Program-made: the position numbers and the translations under genes
Shown: piece after piece, positions 8,297-20,471 of the stretch
How the letters are laid out: every line of letters begins with the position of its first letter
Position numbering within the stretch: the stretch's first letter is position 1
Source: Escherichia coli
GTDB lineage: Bacteria; Pseudomonadota; Gammaproteobacteria; Enterobacterales; Enterobacteriaceae
Assembly: GCF_050920415.1 (NCBI RefSeq)
Contig: NZ_CP169309.1
Direction: 5' to 3' (one strand)
Length of the DNA stretch: 64,000 nucleotides
The notes under the pieces: generated by a model
What the model was told of the DNA's origin: nothing
The model's input: the letters and a program-made list of their open reading frames with translations, nothing else
The model's database searches: none

Positions 8297-10615
8297 ATGA
8301 AAATTAGCGACGGAAACTGGTTGATTCAACCTGGCCTCAATTTGATTCACCCGCTTCAGGTGTTCGAGGTTGAACCGCAGGGTAATGAAATGGTGGTCTA
8401 TGCTGCCCCCCGTGATGTGCGTGAACGTACCTGGCAGCTTGATACGCCTTTATTTACGCTGCGCTTTTTCTCCCCACAGGAAGGTATTGTCGGTGTACGG
8501 ATTGAGCATTTTCAGGGGGCGCTGAATAACGGTCCTCATTACCCGCTCAATATTTTGCAGGACGTGAAGGTCACAATCGAAAACACAGAACGTTACGCTG
8601 AGTTTAAAAGTGGCAACTTAAGTGCGCGTGTCAGCAAAGGTGAGTTCTGGTCACTGGATTTTCTGCGCAACGGCGAACGTATTACCGGTAGTCAGGTGAA
8701 AAATAATGGCTACGTGCAGGACACGAATAATCAACGAAATTATATGTTTGAGCGGCTGGATCTTGGCGTTGGCGAAACAGTTTACGGTCTGGGAGAGCGC
8801 TTTACTGCCCTGGTGCGCAATGGCCAGACGGTAGAGACCTGGAACCGGGACGGCGGCACAAGTACTGAACAGGCGTATAAAAATATCCCGTTCTATATGA
8901 CTAACCGTGGTTATGGTGTACTGGTCAATCATCCCCAATGCGTCTCTTTTGAAGTGGGATCGGAGAAAGTCTCCAAAGTGCAGTTCAGCGTTGAGAGTGA
9001 ATATCTCGAATACTTTGTTATCGACGGCCCGACGCCGAAAGCGGTACTTGATCGTTATACCCGTTTTACTGGTCGTCCGGCGCTGCCGCCCGCGTGGTCC
9101 TTCGGCCTGTGGCTAACCACTTCATTTACCACCAACTACGACGAAGCGACGGTAAACAGCTTTATCGATGGTATGGCGGAACGCAATCTGCCACTGCATG
9201 TTTTCCACTTTGACTGTTTCTGGATGAAAGCCTTCCAGTGGTGCGATTTTGAGTGGGATCCGCTGACCTTCCCGGACCCGGAAGGGATGATCCGCCGCCT
9301 GAAAGCGAAAGGGCTGAAAATCTGCGTCTGGATTAACCCCTATATCGGGCAAAAATCCCCTGTCTTTAAAGAGTTACAAGAGAAAGGTTATTTACTCAAA
9401 CGCCCGGACGGTTCGCTGTGGCAGTGGGATAAATGGCAGCCAGGTCTGGCGATTTATGACTTTACCAATCCGGATGCCTGCAAATGGTACGCCGACAAAC
9501 TGAAAGGTCTGGTCGCGATGGGCGTTGATTGCTTTAAGACCGACTTTGGCGAACGTATTCCAACCGATGTTCAATGGTTTGACGGTTCCGATCCGCAGAA
9601 AATGCATAACCATTATGCGTACATCTACAACGAACTGGTGTGGAACGTGCTCAAGGAAACCGTCGGCGAGGAAGAAGCCGTCTTGTTTGCCCGCTCGGCC
9701 TCCGTCGGTGCGCAGAAATTCCCGGTACATTGGGGTGGCGACTGTTACGCTAACTACGAATCAATGGCGGAAAGCCTGCGCGGTGGTTTGTCTATTGGCC
9801 TTTCAGGTTTTGGTTTCTGGAGCCACGATATCGGCGGCTTTGAGAATACCGCTCCGGCGCACGTTTACAAACGCTGGTGCGCGTTTGGTTTGCTCTCCAG
9901 CCATAGCCGTTTACACGGCAGCAAATCTTATCGTGTGCCGTGGGCCTATGATGATGAGTCCTGTGATGTGGTGCGCTTCTTCACGCAACTGAAATGCCGC
10001 ATGATGCCGTATCTGTATCGTGAGGCTGCTCGTGCGAACGCGCGGGGTACGCCGATGATGCGGGCCATGATGATGGAGTTTCCGGACGATCCGGCTTGTG
10101 ATTACCTTGACCGTCAATACATGTTAGGCGACAACGTGATGGTTGCTCCGGTGTTCACTGAATCGGGCGATGTGCAGTTCTACTTGCCGGAAGGTCGCTG
10201 GACACACCTGTGGCACAACGATGAACTCGATGGTAGTCGCTGGCATAAACAGCAGCACGGCTTCCTGAGTCTGCCCGTTTATGTGCGTGATAACACCCTA
10301 CTGGCGCTGGGCAACAACGAGCAACGTCCCGATTACGCGTGGCACGAAGGCACGGCATTCCAGCTCTTTAATCTGCAAGACGGGCATGAAGCCATCTGTG
10401 AAGTGCCCGCTGCCGATGGTTCCGTTCTTTTCACCCTGAAAGCGGCGCGTACTGGCAACACAATTACTGTGAATGGTGCGGGCGTGGTGAAGAACTGGAC
10501 GCTGTGCTTGCGCAATGTTGTGAAAGTAAATGGTCTGCAAGGCGGTTCGCAGGCTGAAAGTGAGTTGGGGGTAGTGGTGATGCCAGCGGCTAACTTGCTG
10601 ACAATCACGTTGTAA
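8297..10615 (+). CDS. yicI: Alpha-xylosidase, glycoside hydrolase family 31
   Basis: 772 aa; GH31 motifs (WIDMNE-like region, KTDFGE). Confidence 0.93.
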   Translation: MKISDGNWLIQPGLNLIHPLQVFEVEPQGNEMVVYAAPRDVRERTWQLDTPLFTLRFFSPQEGIVGVRIEHFQGALNNGPHYPLNILQDVKVTIENTERYAEFKSGNLSARVSKGEFWSLDFLRNGERITGSQVKNNGYVQDTNNQRNYMFERLDLGVGETVYGLGERFTALVRNGQTVETWNRDGGTSTEQAYKNIPFYMTNRGYGVLVNHPQCVSFEVGSEKVSKVQFSVESEYLEYFVIDGPTPKAVLDRYTRFTGRPALPPAWSFGLWLTTSFTTNYDEATVNSFIDGMAERNLPLHVFHFDCFWMKAFQWCDFEWDPLTFPDPEGMIRRLKAKGLKICVWINPYIGQKSPVFKELQEKGYLLKRPDGSLWQWDKWQPGLAIYDFTNPDACKWYADKLKGLVAMGVDCFKTDFGERIPTDVQWFDGSDPQKMHNHYAYIYNELVWNVLKETVGEEEAVLFARSASVGAQKFPVHWGGDCYANYESMAESLRGGLSIGLSGFGFWSHDIGGFENTAPAHVYKRWCAFGLLSSHSRLHGSKSYRVPWAYDDESCDVVRFFTQLKCRMMPYLYREAARANARGTPMMRAMMMEFPDDPACDYLDRQYMLGDNVMVAPVFTESGDVQFYLPEGRWTHLWHNDELDGSRWHKQQHGFLSLPVYVRDNTLLALGNNEQRPDYAWHEGTAFQLFNLQDGHEAICEVPAADGSVLFTLKAARTGNTITVNGAGVVKNWTLCLRNVVKVNGLQGGSQAESELGVVVMPAANLLTITL

Positions 10616-10666
10616 TCTATTGAAGAAATGCCGGGTATGTCTGAGCGTACCCGGCGAAATTGACTT

Positions 10667-12376
10667 TTACTGCACCGGCTCCGTCGACGTAACTTCACCA
10701 CTGGAAACTACGCCCGCATTCATGGTTTGAGTCACTTGCTGCTTTGCGGCATTCACGGCATGCAATTGCCCGCTAACCGTAGGTTTCAGCGGGACATTGA
10801 CCTGAATATCGCCACTGGCGGTAAGCTGAATATTGCCGTCGCCAGTCAACGGTAGTTCAGGCCATCCCCACTGTTGCAAAATATTCACCGGCACACCGCG
10901 TCCATTCAGGCTGATATGGGTCTGACGTTGTGGCGTTTGTGAAACACTGGCGGTGGCTTCCAGAATGCCTTTTTCAGTAAATGCACTCAGTTCGCTGATA
11001 TTCACCGTGCTGCTGTTGGCAGTTAGCGCCAGCGACGGACGACGGACATCAACACGATTAAACGTTGCGGCGGCGGCATTCAGATTCGCCGAGCCACTCC
11101 AGACGCCCCATTTATGATCGGTAACCAGCGTCAGATTGGCACCGTAACCATCGAGCGCGGTGAGCTGCCACGGGAAGTCAGGGTCGATATCAATGATCAG
11201 ATTGCGGCTGGCGCTAAATCTCTTCAGTTGCAGGCTGTTTAACCAACCGGGTGTCGTTTCCATCCATAACTGTTGCCAGTTTTTTGGCAAGGTATATTCC
11301 AGTCCGGCAATTGCCGCATCATCAAGGATCAACATTTTCCCGTCACGCAACCAGTTCCCTGACGTTCTGACCATGCCCCCTTCCCAGCGGCTGGTGAACT
11401 GGCGCAGTGCTACGCCCTGCGGGGAAAATTCCGCGTTTATAATCGGGTCAAATAAATGCAGCGAACCATAAATGAACTCGCTGGCGTTCATCGACAGTTT
11501 GCCTTCCTGTGTCTGCCAGTCATCTTTACTGAAGGTCATGTTGCGCAAGCTGAGATCGAGGTCGGTCACCGCCCAGTCCGGACCTTGCAGACGAGCGTCA
11601 ATGACTTCCAGGCGACCAATCTGCAACGACGGGACAGAGCGTAATGGCGCAAAGAAGTCGGTTAGCGATTTTTCGCTTTGTAGACGGATATCCGCCAGCC
11701 GCAGATTTTCCACTTGCCAGCTGCCGTCGGCGTTACGCTGCGCGTTTCCGGTTAATGTCCCGCGGGCGATGTCGGCACCCAGGTTAGTCAGCGTAACGCG
11801 ATCGTTATCAATACTGCCTTCAATCAGTACATTGGTGGCAGGAACATCATTGAGCGAAAGCGATCCGGCGCTGAATTGAATTTGCGCCTTCGTACCCAGC
11901 ACTTTACCGGCTTCTGGTGACCACGGAACCACGCCGCCATTTACCCGTTGCGCGCTCAGTTTCCATTCGCTATTCGGGCTATTAAACGCCATATCACGCA
12001 GTTGCAGACGATCGGCTTTGAACGGCAGCGGCGCGGTCTGGTCGGTGAGATTCAGCGTCCCGTTTTCCAGCAGGATGGTATCGACATGGCGTGGTTCGGT
12101 CAGTTGCCGACTGCTTAGCGCAATGTCGACACTTTTTGCCACCAGGGTAGCGGGCTGACCATCACGACCAAACGTGACGTTCTCCAGCACGATATGAGAT
12201 GGCGCGGAAAAACGGTGATCCATCGCCCCGAAGGCCAGATGATAGTCGCTATTATCGGAAACCCATGCGCTGATATGTTCTGCTCCCCAGCGGGTTTGCA
12301 GAAGGAAATAGAGGCCAGCGATCGCCACTAACAGAGCGATGAGAATGTAGAGAAGCAGCTTCCCAATAAATTTCAT
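10667..12376 (-). CDS. yicH: AsmA-family membrane protein YicH
   Basis: Track ORF trimmed to MKFIGKLLLYILIALLV (N-terminal TM anchor), 569 aa. Confidence 0.88.
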   Translation of the reverse strand: MKFIGKLLLYILIALLVAIAGLYFLLQTRWGAEHISAWVSDNSDYHLAFGAMDHRFSAPSHIVLENVTFGRDGQPATLVAKSVDIALSSRQLTEPRHVDTILLENGTLNLTDQTAPLPFKADRLQLRDMAFNSPNSEWKLSAQRVNGGVVPWSPEAGKVLGTKAQIQFSAGSLSLNDVPATNVLIEGSIDNDRVTLTNLGADIARGTLTGNAQRNADGSWQVENLRLADIRLQSEKSLTDFFAPLRSVPSLQIGRLEVIDARLQGPDWAVTDLDLSLRNMTFSKDDWQTQEGKLSMNASEFIYGSLHLFDPIINAEFSPQGVALRQFTSRWEGGMVRTSGNWLRDGKMLILDDAAIAGLEYTLPKNWQQLWMETTPGWLNSLQLKRFSASRNLIIDIDPDFPWQLTALDGYGANLTLVTDHKWGVWSGSANLNAAAATFNRVDVRRPSLALTANSSTVNISELSAFTEKGILEATASVSQTPQRQTHISLNGRGVPVNILQQWGWPELPLTGDGNIQLTASGDIQVNVPLKPTVSGQLHAVNAAKQQVTQTMNAGVVSSGEVTSTEPVQ

Positions 12377-12496
12377 GGTCTTCCATCCCGTGAAATGCAC
12401 ATAAGGGAGTTATGCACGATTTACGCGCAATCCTCAAGGCGGGAATGGTGAAAGAGGTGAGACTACGGCGGTAATTATCTTACCGCCGCCAGTGAA

Positions 12497-13888
12497 TTAC
12501 TGTTTTTCTGGTGGGAAAATCAGATTCAGCACGATGGCAGTAATACCGCCCGCGGCGATCCCGGAGGAGAGCAGGTTTTTCAGCCATTCAGGGGCAAACT
12601 GCAAAATCAGCGGCTGCTGAGACACGCCCAGACCGACCGCCAGCGACAGCGCGATAATCAGAATCGCCCGACGGTTCAGCGGCTCACGAGAAACGATACG
12701 CACACCGGAGGCGGCGATGGTGCCAAACATTACAAGCGTTGCACCGCCCAGAACCGGTTCTGGAATGTGTTGTACAAAACCGCTCACTGCCGGGAACAGA
12801 CCCAGCACGATCAACATCAGCGCGACGACAAAACCGACATAGCGGCTGGCAACACCGGTCAACTGGATCACACCGTTGTTCTGCCCGAAGCAGGAATTCG
12901 GGAAAGTGTTAAACACCGCCGAAACAAACGAGTTCAGGCCGTTTGCCAGCACGCCGCCTTTCAGGCGTTTCATGTACAGCGGACCGGATACAGGCTGTTC
13001 GGAAACGTCAGACGTCGCCGTGATATCGCCAATAGTTTCCAGCGAAGTGATCATAAAGACCAGCATCAGCGGCAGCAGCAGGCTCCATTCAATGCCAAGA
13101 CCGTAGTAGAGCGGGGATGGCACCATAATCAGTTCTTGCGTCATCGGTTCGTTGCTTTCTGGCAACATGCCCATAAACCACGCCAGCGCATATCCTGCCG
13201 CCATCGCAATCACCAGTGAAGCCACGCGCAAATATGGGTTACGCTGACGGTTAAGCAGGATAATTAAGGCCAAGACCACGCCTGCCAGCAACAGATTTTT
13301 CGGTGCGCCGAAGGTGTTATCGCTCATGGCTGCGTAACCGCCGCCAATGGATGTTAGCCCAACCTGAATTAGCGACAGGCCGATAATCATCACCACAACG
13401 CCAGAAACCAGCGGCGTAATAATGCGGCGCGCCAGATGCAGAACACGGGAGATCACCATCTCGGTGCAACTTGCCAGCATCAACGTGCCGAACAAAGCCG
13501 CCATCATGGTAGGAACATCAGCACCACCGGTCTTCAGCGCTGTGCCGCCCATAATCAGCGGGGCAACAAAGTTGAAGCTGGTGCCCTGAATAGACAACAG
13601 CCCGGAGCCAACCGGACCCCAGGCCTTAATTTGAATAATCGACGCCACACCGGAGGCAAACAGCGACATACTAATAATGTGTTGCGTGTCTTGTGCCGGT
13701 AAACCCAGCGCCTGGCAGATTAATAGCGCTGGCGTGATCACCGCAACGAACATCGCCAGCAGATGCTGACAGGCGGCAAACAGAGTTTGAGGAAGCGGCG
13801 GACGATCTTCAAGACGGTAAATCAGTTCGCTGTTTTGAGTCTGCGCAACCGGTTGCGCATTTTCTGACTCGAGGGTGGAAACAGACAT
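12497..13888 (-). CDS. xanP: Xanthine permease (NCS2 family)
   Basis: Trimmed to [10 protein letters not shown]..., 463 aa; nucleobase:cation symporter-2 family. Confidence 0.9.
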   Translation of the reverse strand: MSVSTLESENAQPVAQTQNSELIYRLEDRPPLPQTLFAACQHLLAMFVAVITPALLICQALGLPAQDTQHIISMSLFASGVASIIQIKAWGPVGSGLLSIQGTSFNFVAPLIMGGTALKTGGADVPTMMAALFGTLMLASCTEMVISRVLHLARRIITPLVSGVVVMIIGLSLIQVGLTSIGGGYAAMSDNTFGAPKNLLLAGVVLALIILLNRQRNPYLRVASLVIAMAAGYALAWFMGMLPESNEPMTQELIMVPSPLYYGLGIEWSLLLPLMLVFMITSLETIGDITATSDVSEQPVSGPLYMKRLKGGVLANGLNSFVSAVFNTFPNSCFGQNNGVIQLTGVASRYVGFVVALMLIVLGLFPAVSGFVQHIPEPVLGGATLVMFGTIAASGVRIVSREPLNRRAILIIALSLAVGLGVSQQPLILQFAPEWLKNLLSSGIAAGGITAIVLNLIFPPEKQ

Positions 13889-14167
13889 CGAAAACAATCC
13901 CGTGGAAGCAAAGCGGGCATTTTAGCTGAGCAAAAGAGAAAAGCAAACGTTTGCTACACCTTCTTCTAAATATTTAAATGAGATAAATGCACTTTTTTAT
14001 ATAACTTTTGGTATTTTTCTGCTTAAAATCCATGCCATTTGTTCATTAACAGCTGAGAATTTGACCCAGGAAAGCATGACTCGATACCCGTCATATTTCA
14101 TGAAGGTGCCACTGCGCGATGAAGTATGACGAGTATGAAAGAGTGATGCGGATACAAAGGAGTAACT

Positions 14168-15373
14168 ATGTTTCATCTCGATACTTTAGCAACGCTTGTT
14201 GCTGCAACGCTGACGTTGCTGCTCGGGCGTAAGTTGGTCCATTCCGTCTCCTTTTTGAAGAAATACACCATACCGGAACCTGTTGCGGGTGGTTTGTTGG
14301 TGGCGCTGGCGCTACTGGTACTGAAAAAAAGCATGGGCTGGGAAGTCAACTTTGATATGTCCCTGCGCGATCCGTTAATGCTGGCTTTCTTCGCCACCAT
14401 TGGCCTGAACGCCAACATTGCCAGTCTGCGCGCTGGTGGGCGTGTGGTTGGTATTTTCCTGATTGTGGTTGTTGGCCTATTGGTGATGCAAAATGCCATT
14501 GGCATTGGTATGGCTAGCCTGTTAGGGCTTGATCCACTGATGGGGCTGCTGGCCGGTTCTATTACGCTTTCGGGCGGTCACGGTACGGGTGCTGCCTGGA
14601 GTAAATTGTTCATTGAACGTTATGGCTTCACCAATGCGACGGAAGTGGCGATGGCCTGTGCAACGTTCGGTTTGGTGCTGGGCGGCTTGATTGGCGGTCC
14701 GGTGGCGCGCTATCTGGTGAAACACTCCACTACACCGAACGGTATTCCGGATGACCAGGAAGTCCCGACGGCGTTCGAAAAGCCGGATGTGGGCCGCATG
14801 ATCACCTCGCTGGTGCTGATTGAAACTATCGCGTTGATTGCTATCTGTCTGACGGTGGGGAAGATCGTTGCGCAACTTTTGGCTGGCACCGCTTTTGAAC
14901 TGCCAACCTTCGTTTGTGTGTTGTTTGTTGGCGTGATTCTGAGCAACGGTCTGTCAATGATGGGCTTTTATCGCGTTTTTGAGCGTGCGGTATCCGTTCT
15001 GGGTAACGTAAGTCTGTCGTTGTTCCTGGCGATGGCGCTGATGGGGCTGAAACTATGGGAGCTGGCTTCGCTGGCGCTGCCGATGCTGGCGATTCTGGTG
15101 GTACAGACCATCTTCATGGCGTTGTATGCCATTTTCGTCACCTGGCGCATGATGGGTAAAAACTACGATGCGGCAGTGCTGGCAGCGGGTCACTGTGGTT
15201 TTGGCCTTGGTGCAACGCCAACGGCAATCGCCAACATGCAAGCAATCACCGAACGTTTTGGCCCGTCGCACATGGCGTTCCTGGTCGTGCCGATGGTTGG
15301 TGCGTTCTTTATCGATATTGTCAATGCGCTGGTGATTAAGCTGTATTTGATGTTGCCGATTTTTGCGGGTTAA
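14168..15373 (+). CDS. gltS: Sodium/glutamate symporter
   Basis: 401 aa polytopic membrane protein, GltS family. Confidence 0.93.
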   Translation: MFHLDTLATLVAATLTLLLGRKLVHSVSFLKKYTIPEPVAGGLLVALALLVLKKSMGWEVNFDMSLRDPLMLAFFATIGLNANIASLRAGGRVVGIFLIVVVGLLVMQNAIGIGMASLLGLDPLMGLLAGSITLSGGHGTGAAWSKLFIERYGFTNATEVAMACATFGLVLGGLIGGPVARYLVKHSTTPNGIPDDQEVPTAFEKPDVGRMITSLVLIETIALIAICLTVGKIVAQLLAGTAFELPTFVCVLFVGVILSNGLSMMGFYRVFERAVSVLGNVSLSLFLAMALMGLKLWELASLALPMLAILVVQTIFMALYAIFVTWRMMGKNYDAAVLAAGHCGFGLGATPTAIANMQAITERFGPSHMAFLVVPMVGAFFIDIVNALVIKLYLMLPIFAG

Positions 15374-15485
15374 CCGATGAAGCGGCGGTAGAAGTGCCGC
15401 CGCAACAAAGACAAAAGCCTGATATGCTTCGCTTATCATGCCTGCGCATTGATTCACAATTTATTGAATTTGTAGTTTTTTTTAG

Positions 15486-15513
15486 GACGGATAAGGCGTT
15501 CACGCCGCATCCT
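15486..15513. repeat. REP (repetitive extragenic palindromic) element between convergent gltS and recG
   Basis: CGGATAAGGCGTTCACGCCGCATCC is the reverse complement of the canonical E. coli REP core GGATGCGGCGTGAACGCCTTATCCG. Confidence 0.6.
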
Positions 15514-15561
15514 ACAGGAAGGTAGGGTAACCTGAAATGGCGGTTTTCTCACCGCCGCTTT

Positions 15562-17643
15562 TTACGCATTCGAGTAACGTTCCGTTTCCGGCATCCAGCG
15601 TTCTATCAGGGCTTTTGCCTGCTGTGGGTAACGTTCGTGAATATGGCGTGCCAGGCGCTGAACTTCCGGGATCATCGCCTGATCGCGCAGTAAATCTGCC
15701 ACTTTAAATTCGGCATTCCCTGTCTGACGCGTACCTAGTAGCTCACCTGGGCCGCGTATCTCCAAATCTTTCTGTGCAATCACAAAACCGTCGTTGCTGT
15801 CGCGCAGCACTTGCAGGCGAATTTGCGCCGTTTTAGAAAGCGGTGTTTTGTAGAGCAACACGCAGTGAGAAGCCACCGCGCCACGACCTACACGCCCGCG
15901 CAGCTGGTGTAACTGCGCCAGACCCAGACGCTCAGGGTTTTCGATAATCATCAGGCTGGCGTTAGGCACATCAACGCCGACTTCAATAACGGTCGTGGCA
16001 ACCAGCAGGTGTAACTCGCCTTGTTTAAATGATGCCATGACGGCCTGCTTCTCGGCTGGTTTCATCCGTCCGTGTACCAGACCAACATTCAACTCTGGTA
16101 GCGCCAGTTTCAACTCTTCCCAGGTAGCTTCCGCCGCCTGTGCTTCCAGTAATTCTGATTCTTCAATGAGTGTGCACACCCAGTACGCCTGACGCCCTTC
16201 AGTCATACAGGCGTGGCGCACGCGGTCGATAATGTCGTTGCGGCGGGTATCCGGGATTGCCACTGTCGTCACTGGCGTGCGGCCTGGCGGCAGCTCATCT
16301 ATCACCGAGGTATCGAGATCGGCATATGCAGTCATTGCCAGCGTGCGGGGGATCGGCGTGGCGGTCATGATCAACTGATGCGGATGGAAGCCCTGCTGCT
16401 GGCCTTTCTCCCATAACGCCAGACGCTGATGCACGCCAAAACGATGCTGTTCGTCGATAATCACCAGCGCCAGGCCGTTAAACTGCACCTGTTCCTGGAA
16501 GATGGCGTGTGTACCGACAATCATCTGCACCTGACCGCTGGCGATGGCTTCCTGCTGTGCCAGTCGTGCTTTACCTTTCTGTTTACCGGCGAGCCAGCCC
16601 ACTTCGATACCGAGCGGAGCAAACCAGTTACGGAAGTTATTGGCGTGCTGCTCGGCGAGTAATTCGGTTGGTGCCATCAATGCCACCTGTTTGCCGTGCG
16701 CAATCGCACGCAACGCGGCGAGGGCGGCGACCAGCGTTTTACCGGAACCTACATCGCCCTGCACCAGGCGCATCATCGGCACATCCAGCGCCATATCGCG
16801 CTCGATCTCCGCCACCACGCGTGCCTGTGCGCCCGTTGGCTTGAACGGTAAGGCTGCGAGGAGTTTATTTTTCAGCGCGTCATTGGCGCTCAGCGGCTGG
16901 GCATGAAAACGCTGTGCTCCGGCACGTAAGGCTAACATGCTGAGGTTGTGCGCCAGCAACTCTTCCAGAATCAGTCGGCGTTGTGCCGGATGCTGCCCGG
17001 TTTCGAGATCGCTAAGCTGTAGCGTCGGCGGCGGGCGGTGCAAAGTGCGCAACGCTTCCGGTAGCGTCATCATTCCTTGTGACAGTTCCGGCGGCAGGAG
17101 TTCTTCAATGGCGCAGGTGTCGAGCAGATCCAGCGCCTGGTCGGTTAATTTACGCAGCGTGGCCTGCTTTACGCCTTCCGTAGTTGGGTAAACCGGCGTG
17201 AGCGTCTCCTGCAACTCTGGCATACTGAGATCGCCCTGCACGCGGTATTCCGGGTGGATCATCTCCGCACCATATTTACCGCGCTTTGCTTCGCCATAGG
17301 CCAGCACGCGGCGGCCAGTCGCCAGGCTATTTTTCATTGCCGCGTTGAAGTTGAAAAAGCGCATGGTGAGAATGCCGGAACCGTCGCTGATCTGGCAGGT
17401 CATCATCCGCCGACCGCCGAAGGAGATATTGCAATTCAGCACTTCGCCTTCCACCGTGGCGTAAACGCCCGGCAGTAGTTCACCGATGGGGTAGAGATGG
17501 GTGCGATCTTCGTAGCGCAGAGGAAGGTGTAAGAGTAAATCCTGCACGGTATGCAGATTGATTTTCGCCAGCTTATTACTTTGCGCCGCGCCAACGCCCG
17601 TTAGCGAACTGAGCGGAACAGCATCTAACAGGCGACCTTTCAT
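15562..17643 (-). CDS. recG: ATP-dependent DNA helicase RecG
   Basis: Trimmed to MKGRLLDAVPLSSLTGVG..., 693 aa; helicase motifs (GDVGSGKT, DEQHRFG). Confidence 0.95.
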   Translation of the reverse strand: MKGRLLDAVPLSSLTGVGAAQSNKLAKINLHTVQDLLLHLPLRYEDRTHLYPIGELLPGVYATVEGEVLNCNISFGGRRMMTCQISDGSGILTMRFFNFNAAMKNSLATGRRVLAYGEAKRGKYGAEMIHPEYRVQGDLSMPELQETLTPVYPTTEGVKQATLRKLTDQALDLLDTCAIEELLPPELSQGMMTLPEALRTLHRPPPTLQLSDLETGQHPAQRRLILEELLAHNLSMLALRAGAQRFHAQPLSANDALKNKLLAALPFKPTGAQARVVAEIERDMALDVPMMRLVQGDVGSGKTLVAALAALRAIAHGKQVALMAPTELLAEQHANNFRNWFAPLGIEVGWLAGKQKGKARLAQQEAIASGQVQMIVGTHAIFQEQVQFNGLALVIIDEQHRFGVHQRLALWEKGQQQGFHPHQLIMTATPIPRTLAMTAYADLDTSVIDELPPGRTPVTTVAIPDTRRNDIIDRVRHACMTEGRQAYWVCTLIEESELLEAQAAEATWEELKLALPELNVGLVHGRMKPAEKQAVMASFKQGELHLLVATTVIEVGVDVPNASLMIIENPERLGLAQLHQLRGRVGRGAVASHCVLLYKTPLSKTAQIRLQVLRDSNDGFVIAQKDLEIRGPGELLGTRQTGNAEFKVADLLRDQAMIPEVQRLARHIHERYPQQAKALIERWMPETERYSNA

Positions 17644-17648
17644 GGCGC

Positions 17649-18338
17649 TTACCCTGCTGCCTGCATAGTGGCCCACCAGTCGGCATCAGCTTCAATTTCG
17701 CCTTGCTGATTAACGTGGGGGTAGGGCAGGCCTTTGCGTTTTGCGACTTTCGCCAGCACCGGATAGCCGCCTTCAAACAGCAGGCGTTGTTGCTCTGCTT
17801 CCGGCAACATGCTGTTTTCACGCAGATACATACCTGCGTTTTGCCGCTGGCGCTGGGCTTCGTAAAGAATGAGGGCTGAGGCAACGGAAACATTCAGCGA
17901 CTGCACCATACCGATCATCGGTATAATGATGTCCCGATCCGCCAGGGCTAACGCTTCCTGAGTGATGCCCGTTTTCTCCTGACCCATCAAAATACAGGTC
18001 GGGCGGGTGTAATCAATTTCGCGGAAATCGACAGCGTTATCAGAAAGATGGGTTGCCAGAATCTGCATGCCCTGGCCTTTCAGATGAGCAACGGCATCGC
18101 CAATGGTGCGGTGTGTTTTCACCTGCACCCAACTGTTGCTGCCAGCCGCAGCCGAAGCCATGGTGCGCATCCGACTGCCAGGCCAGACAGCATGAACTTC
18201 ATGTACGCCAACGGCATCTGCAGTACGAATAATCGCAGAAACGTTATGAGGTTTGTGGACCTGCTCCATGCAGACGGTCAGATCAGGCTGCCGCCTGGCG
18301 AGCATTTCGCAGATGCGTGCATAACGTGTTGAGTTCAT
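17649..18338 (-). CDS. trmH: tRNA (guanosine18-2'-O)-methyltransferase TrmH (SpoU)
   Basis: 229 aa SPOUT methyltransferase; spoT operon context. Confidence 0.93.
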   Translation of the reverse strand: MNSTRYARICEMLARRQPDLTVCMEQVHKPHNVSAIIRTADAVGVHEVHAVWPGSRMRTMASAAAGSNSWVQVKTHRTIGDAVAHLKGQGMQILATHLSDNAVDFREIDYTRPTCILMGQEKTGITQEALALADRDIIIPMIGMVQSLNVSVASALILYEAQRQRQNAGMYLRENSMLPEAEQQRLLFEGGYPVLAKVAKRKGLPYPHVNQQGEIEADADWWATMQAAG

Positions 18339-18344
18339 AAAACA

Positions 18345-20453
18345 TTAATTTCGGTTTCGGGTGACTTTAATCACGTCTGGCATCACGCGGATTTTGCGCA
18401 TGATATTCGCCAGATGCACACGGTCACGGGCGGTCAGACGAATAAAGGCGCTGTAGACGCGACCATCCTTTTCTTCTGTATTCAAACTTTGAATATTGGA
18501 GTTGGTCGTATTGATCGCTGCCGTCAGGTTAGCTAATGCCCCCTGATGATTGAACATCTCCACTTTGATCTCGGTGATGAACTCCTGTGCCGTCTCTTTA
18601 TCCCATTCTACAGCCATAAATTTCTCTGGCTCTTTCTGGTAGCCACGGATGTTACGGCAGGATTCATGGTGGATCACCAGACCTTTACCGGGGCTGACGT
18701 GAGCGATAATCGGATCGCCAGGAATGGGGCGGCAGCATTTCGCAAAGGTGATCAACACGCCATCAGCACCTTTAATCGGCAGATGCCCGTGGCTTTGAGT
18801 CGCCGGCGGAATGGAGGCGTCCCCATGTTGCAGATTTTTCGCGACCACCACGCTCATTGCGTTACCAAGGCCGATTTCAGCCAGCAGATCGTCAAGCGTT
18901 GCCAGCTTCATGCGGTCCAGCTCGCGCTGAATATTTTCCGGCGGGATTTCATTGAGCTTACGGCTGCCACCTAACGCATGATTGAGCAGACGACGGCCCA
19001 GGCTTACAGAATCATCACGCTTGAGGTTTTTCAGCAACTGACGAATTTTGGCGCGCGCTTTCGAGCTAACGACAAAGTTCAGCCATGCGGCATTCGGGCG
19101 AGCGCCCGGTGCGGTAATGATTTCAACGGTTTGGCCACTGGAGAGCGGCTGCGACAGCGGGTAAGGCTGACGGTCGACGCGAGCGCCCACGCAGGCATGA
19201 CCGATATCGGTATGCACCGCATAAGCGAAGTCGACGGGCGTTGCACCGGCAGGCAGCTCTACAATGCGCCCTTCCGGTGTGAAAACGTAAATCTCATCCG
19301 GGAAGAGATCGGATTTAACGCTCTCGATAAATTCAAATGAGCTACCGGCACTCTGTTGCAGCTCCAGCAGGCTTTGCATCCAGCGCTGGGCGCGAATTTG
19401 TGCGGTAGTACTGGTTTCGCCGTGCTCTTTATAAGCCCAGTGCGCAGCAACACCCATCTCTGCCATCTGATCCATATCTTCGGTACGGATCTGGACCTCA
19501 ACCGGCACGCCGTGCGGGCCAATCATCGAGGTGTGCAAAGACTGATAGCCGTTCGCTTTTGGAATAGCGATGTAGTCTTTCACGCGACCCGGACGCGGCT
19601 TGTACAGGCTATGCATTTGCCCGAGCACGCGATAACAGGTGTCGGAATCATTGACGATCACGCGGAAGGCGTAGATGTCCATGATCGAGTGAAAACGCTG
19701 CTCTTTGAGCACCATTTTGCAGTAGATCGAATAAAGATGCTTCTCGCGACCACTGACGCGGCACGGTATTCCCGCTTCCTGCAAACGCCCTTCGATTTCC
19801 GAGAGGATTTTTTGGATCATCTCTTTACGGTTGCCGCGCGCGGCTTTCACCACTTCTTTAATTACGCGGTAACGGTTGGGATACAGCGCCTCAAAACCCA
19901 GCTCTTCGAGTTCGGTTTTAATGTGGTGGATACCTAAACGGTGCGCCAGCGGGCTGTAAATTTCGAGCGTTTCACGGGCGATGCGGCGACGTTTGTCCGG
20001 GCGAAGTGAGCCCAGCGTGCGCATGTTGTGGGTACGGTCGGCAAGTTTGATGAGAATGACGCGGATATCCTGCACCATCGCCATAATCATCTTGCGAAAG
20101 TTTTCGGCCTGCGCCTCTTTCTTATCGCGGAACTTGAGTTTATCAAGTTTCGACACCCCCTCTACCAGCTCGGCGACGCTTTTACCAAAAAGCTGTTCCA
20201 TGTCCTGGTAGGTGGCGGGTGTATCTTCAATCACGTCATGCAGCAGCGCCGCCATTAGCGTTTCATAGTCGAGTTTCATCTCGGCCAGAATGCAGGCAAC
20301 CGCTACCGGGTGCGTGATATAGGGTTCACCGCTTGAACGTGTTTGCCCCTCGTGAGCATCACGTGCAACGAGATACGCCTGCCGCAGACGCTTGATTTGG
20401 TCTTCCGGCAGGTAGGTTTGAATCAGTTGATTCAGGCTTTCAAACAGATACAA
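18345..20453 (-). CDS. spoT: Bifunctional (p)ppGpp synthetase/hydrolase SpoT
   Basis: 702 aa; HD domain (HDVIEDT), RelA/SpoT synthetase domain, TGS and ACT regions. Confidence 0.95.
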   Translation of the reverse strand: MYLFESLNQLIQTYLPEDQIKRLRQAYLVARDAHEGQTRSSGEPYITHPVAVACILAEMKLDYETLMAALLHDVIEDTPATYQDMEQLFGKSVAELVEGVSKLDKLKFRDKKEAQAENFRKMIMAMVQDIRVILIKLADRTHNMRTLGSLRPDKRRRIARETLEIYSPLAHRLGIHHIKTELEELGFEALYPNRYRVIKEVVKAARGNRKEMIQKILSEIEGRLQEAGIPCRVSGREKHLYSIYCKMVLKEQRFHSIMDIYAFRVIVNDSDTCYRVLGQMHSLYKPRPGRVKDYIAIPKANGYQSLHTSMIGPHGVPVEVQIRTEDMDQMAEMGVAAHWAYKEHGETSTTAQIRAQRWMQSLLELQQSAGSSFEFIESVKSDLFPDEIYVFTPEGRIVELPAGATPVDFAYAVHTDIGHACVGARVDRQPYPLSQPLSSGQTVEIITAPGARPNAAWLNFVVSSKARAKIRQLLKNLKRDDSVSLGRRLLNHALGGSRKLNEIPPENIQRELDRMKLATLDDLLAEIGLGNAMSVVVAKNLQHGDASIPPATQSHGHLPIKGADGVLITFAKCCRPIPGDPIIAHVSPGKGLVIHHESCRNIRGYQKEPEKFMAVEWDKETAQEFITEIKVEMFNHQGALANLTAAINTTNSNIQSLNTEEKDGRVYSAFIRLTARDRVHLANIMRKIRVMPDVIKVTRNRN

Positions 20454-20471
20454 GGGCGACCCGCTTTGTGA

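Noticed and set aside
16509-17191. Several 80-120 aa plus-strand ORFs inside recG
   Set aside because: Antisense frames within a conserved helicase gene; Ala/Arg/Ser/Cys-rich, no support.
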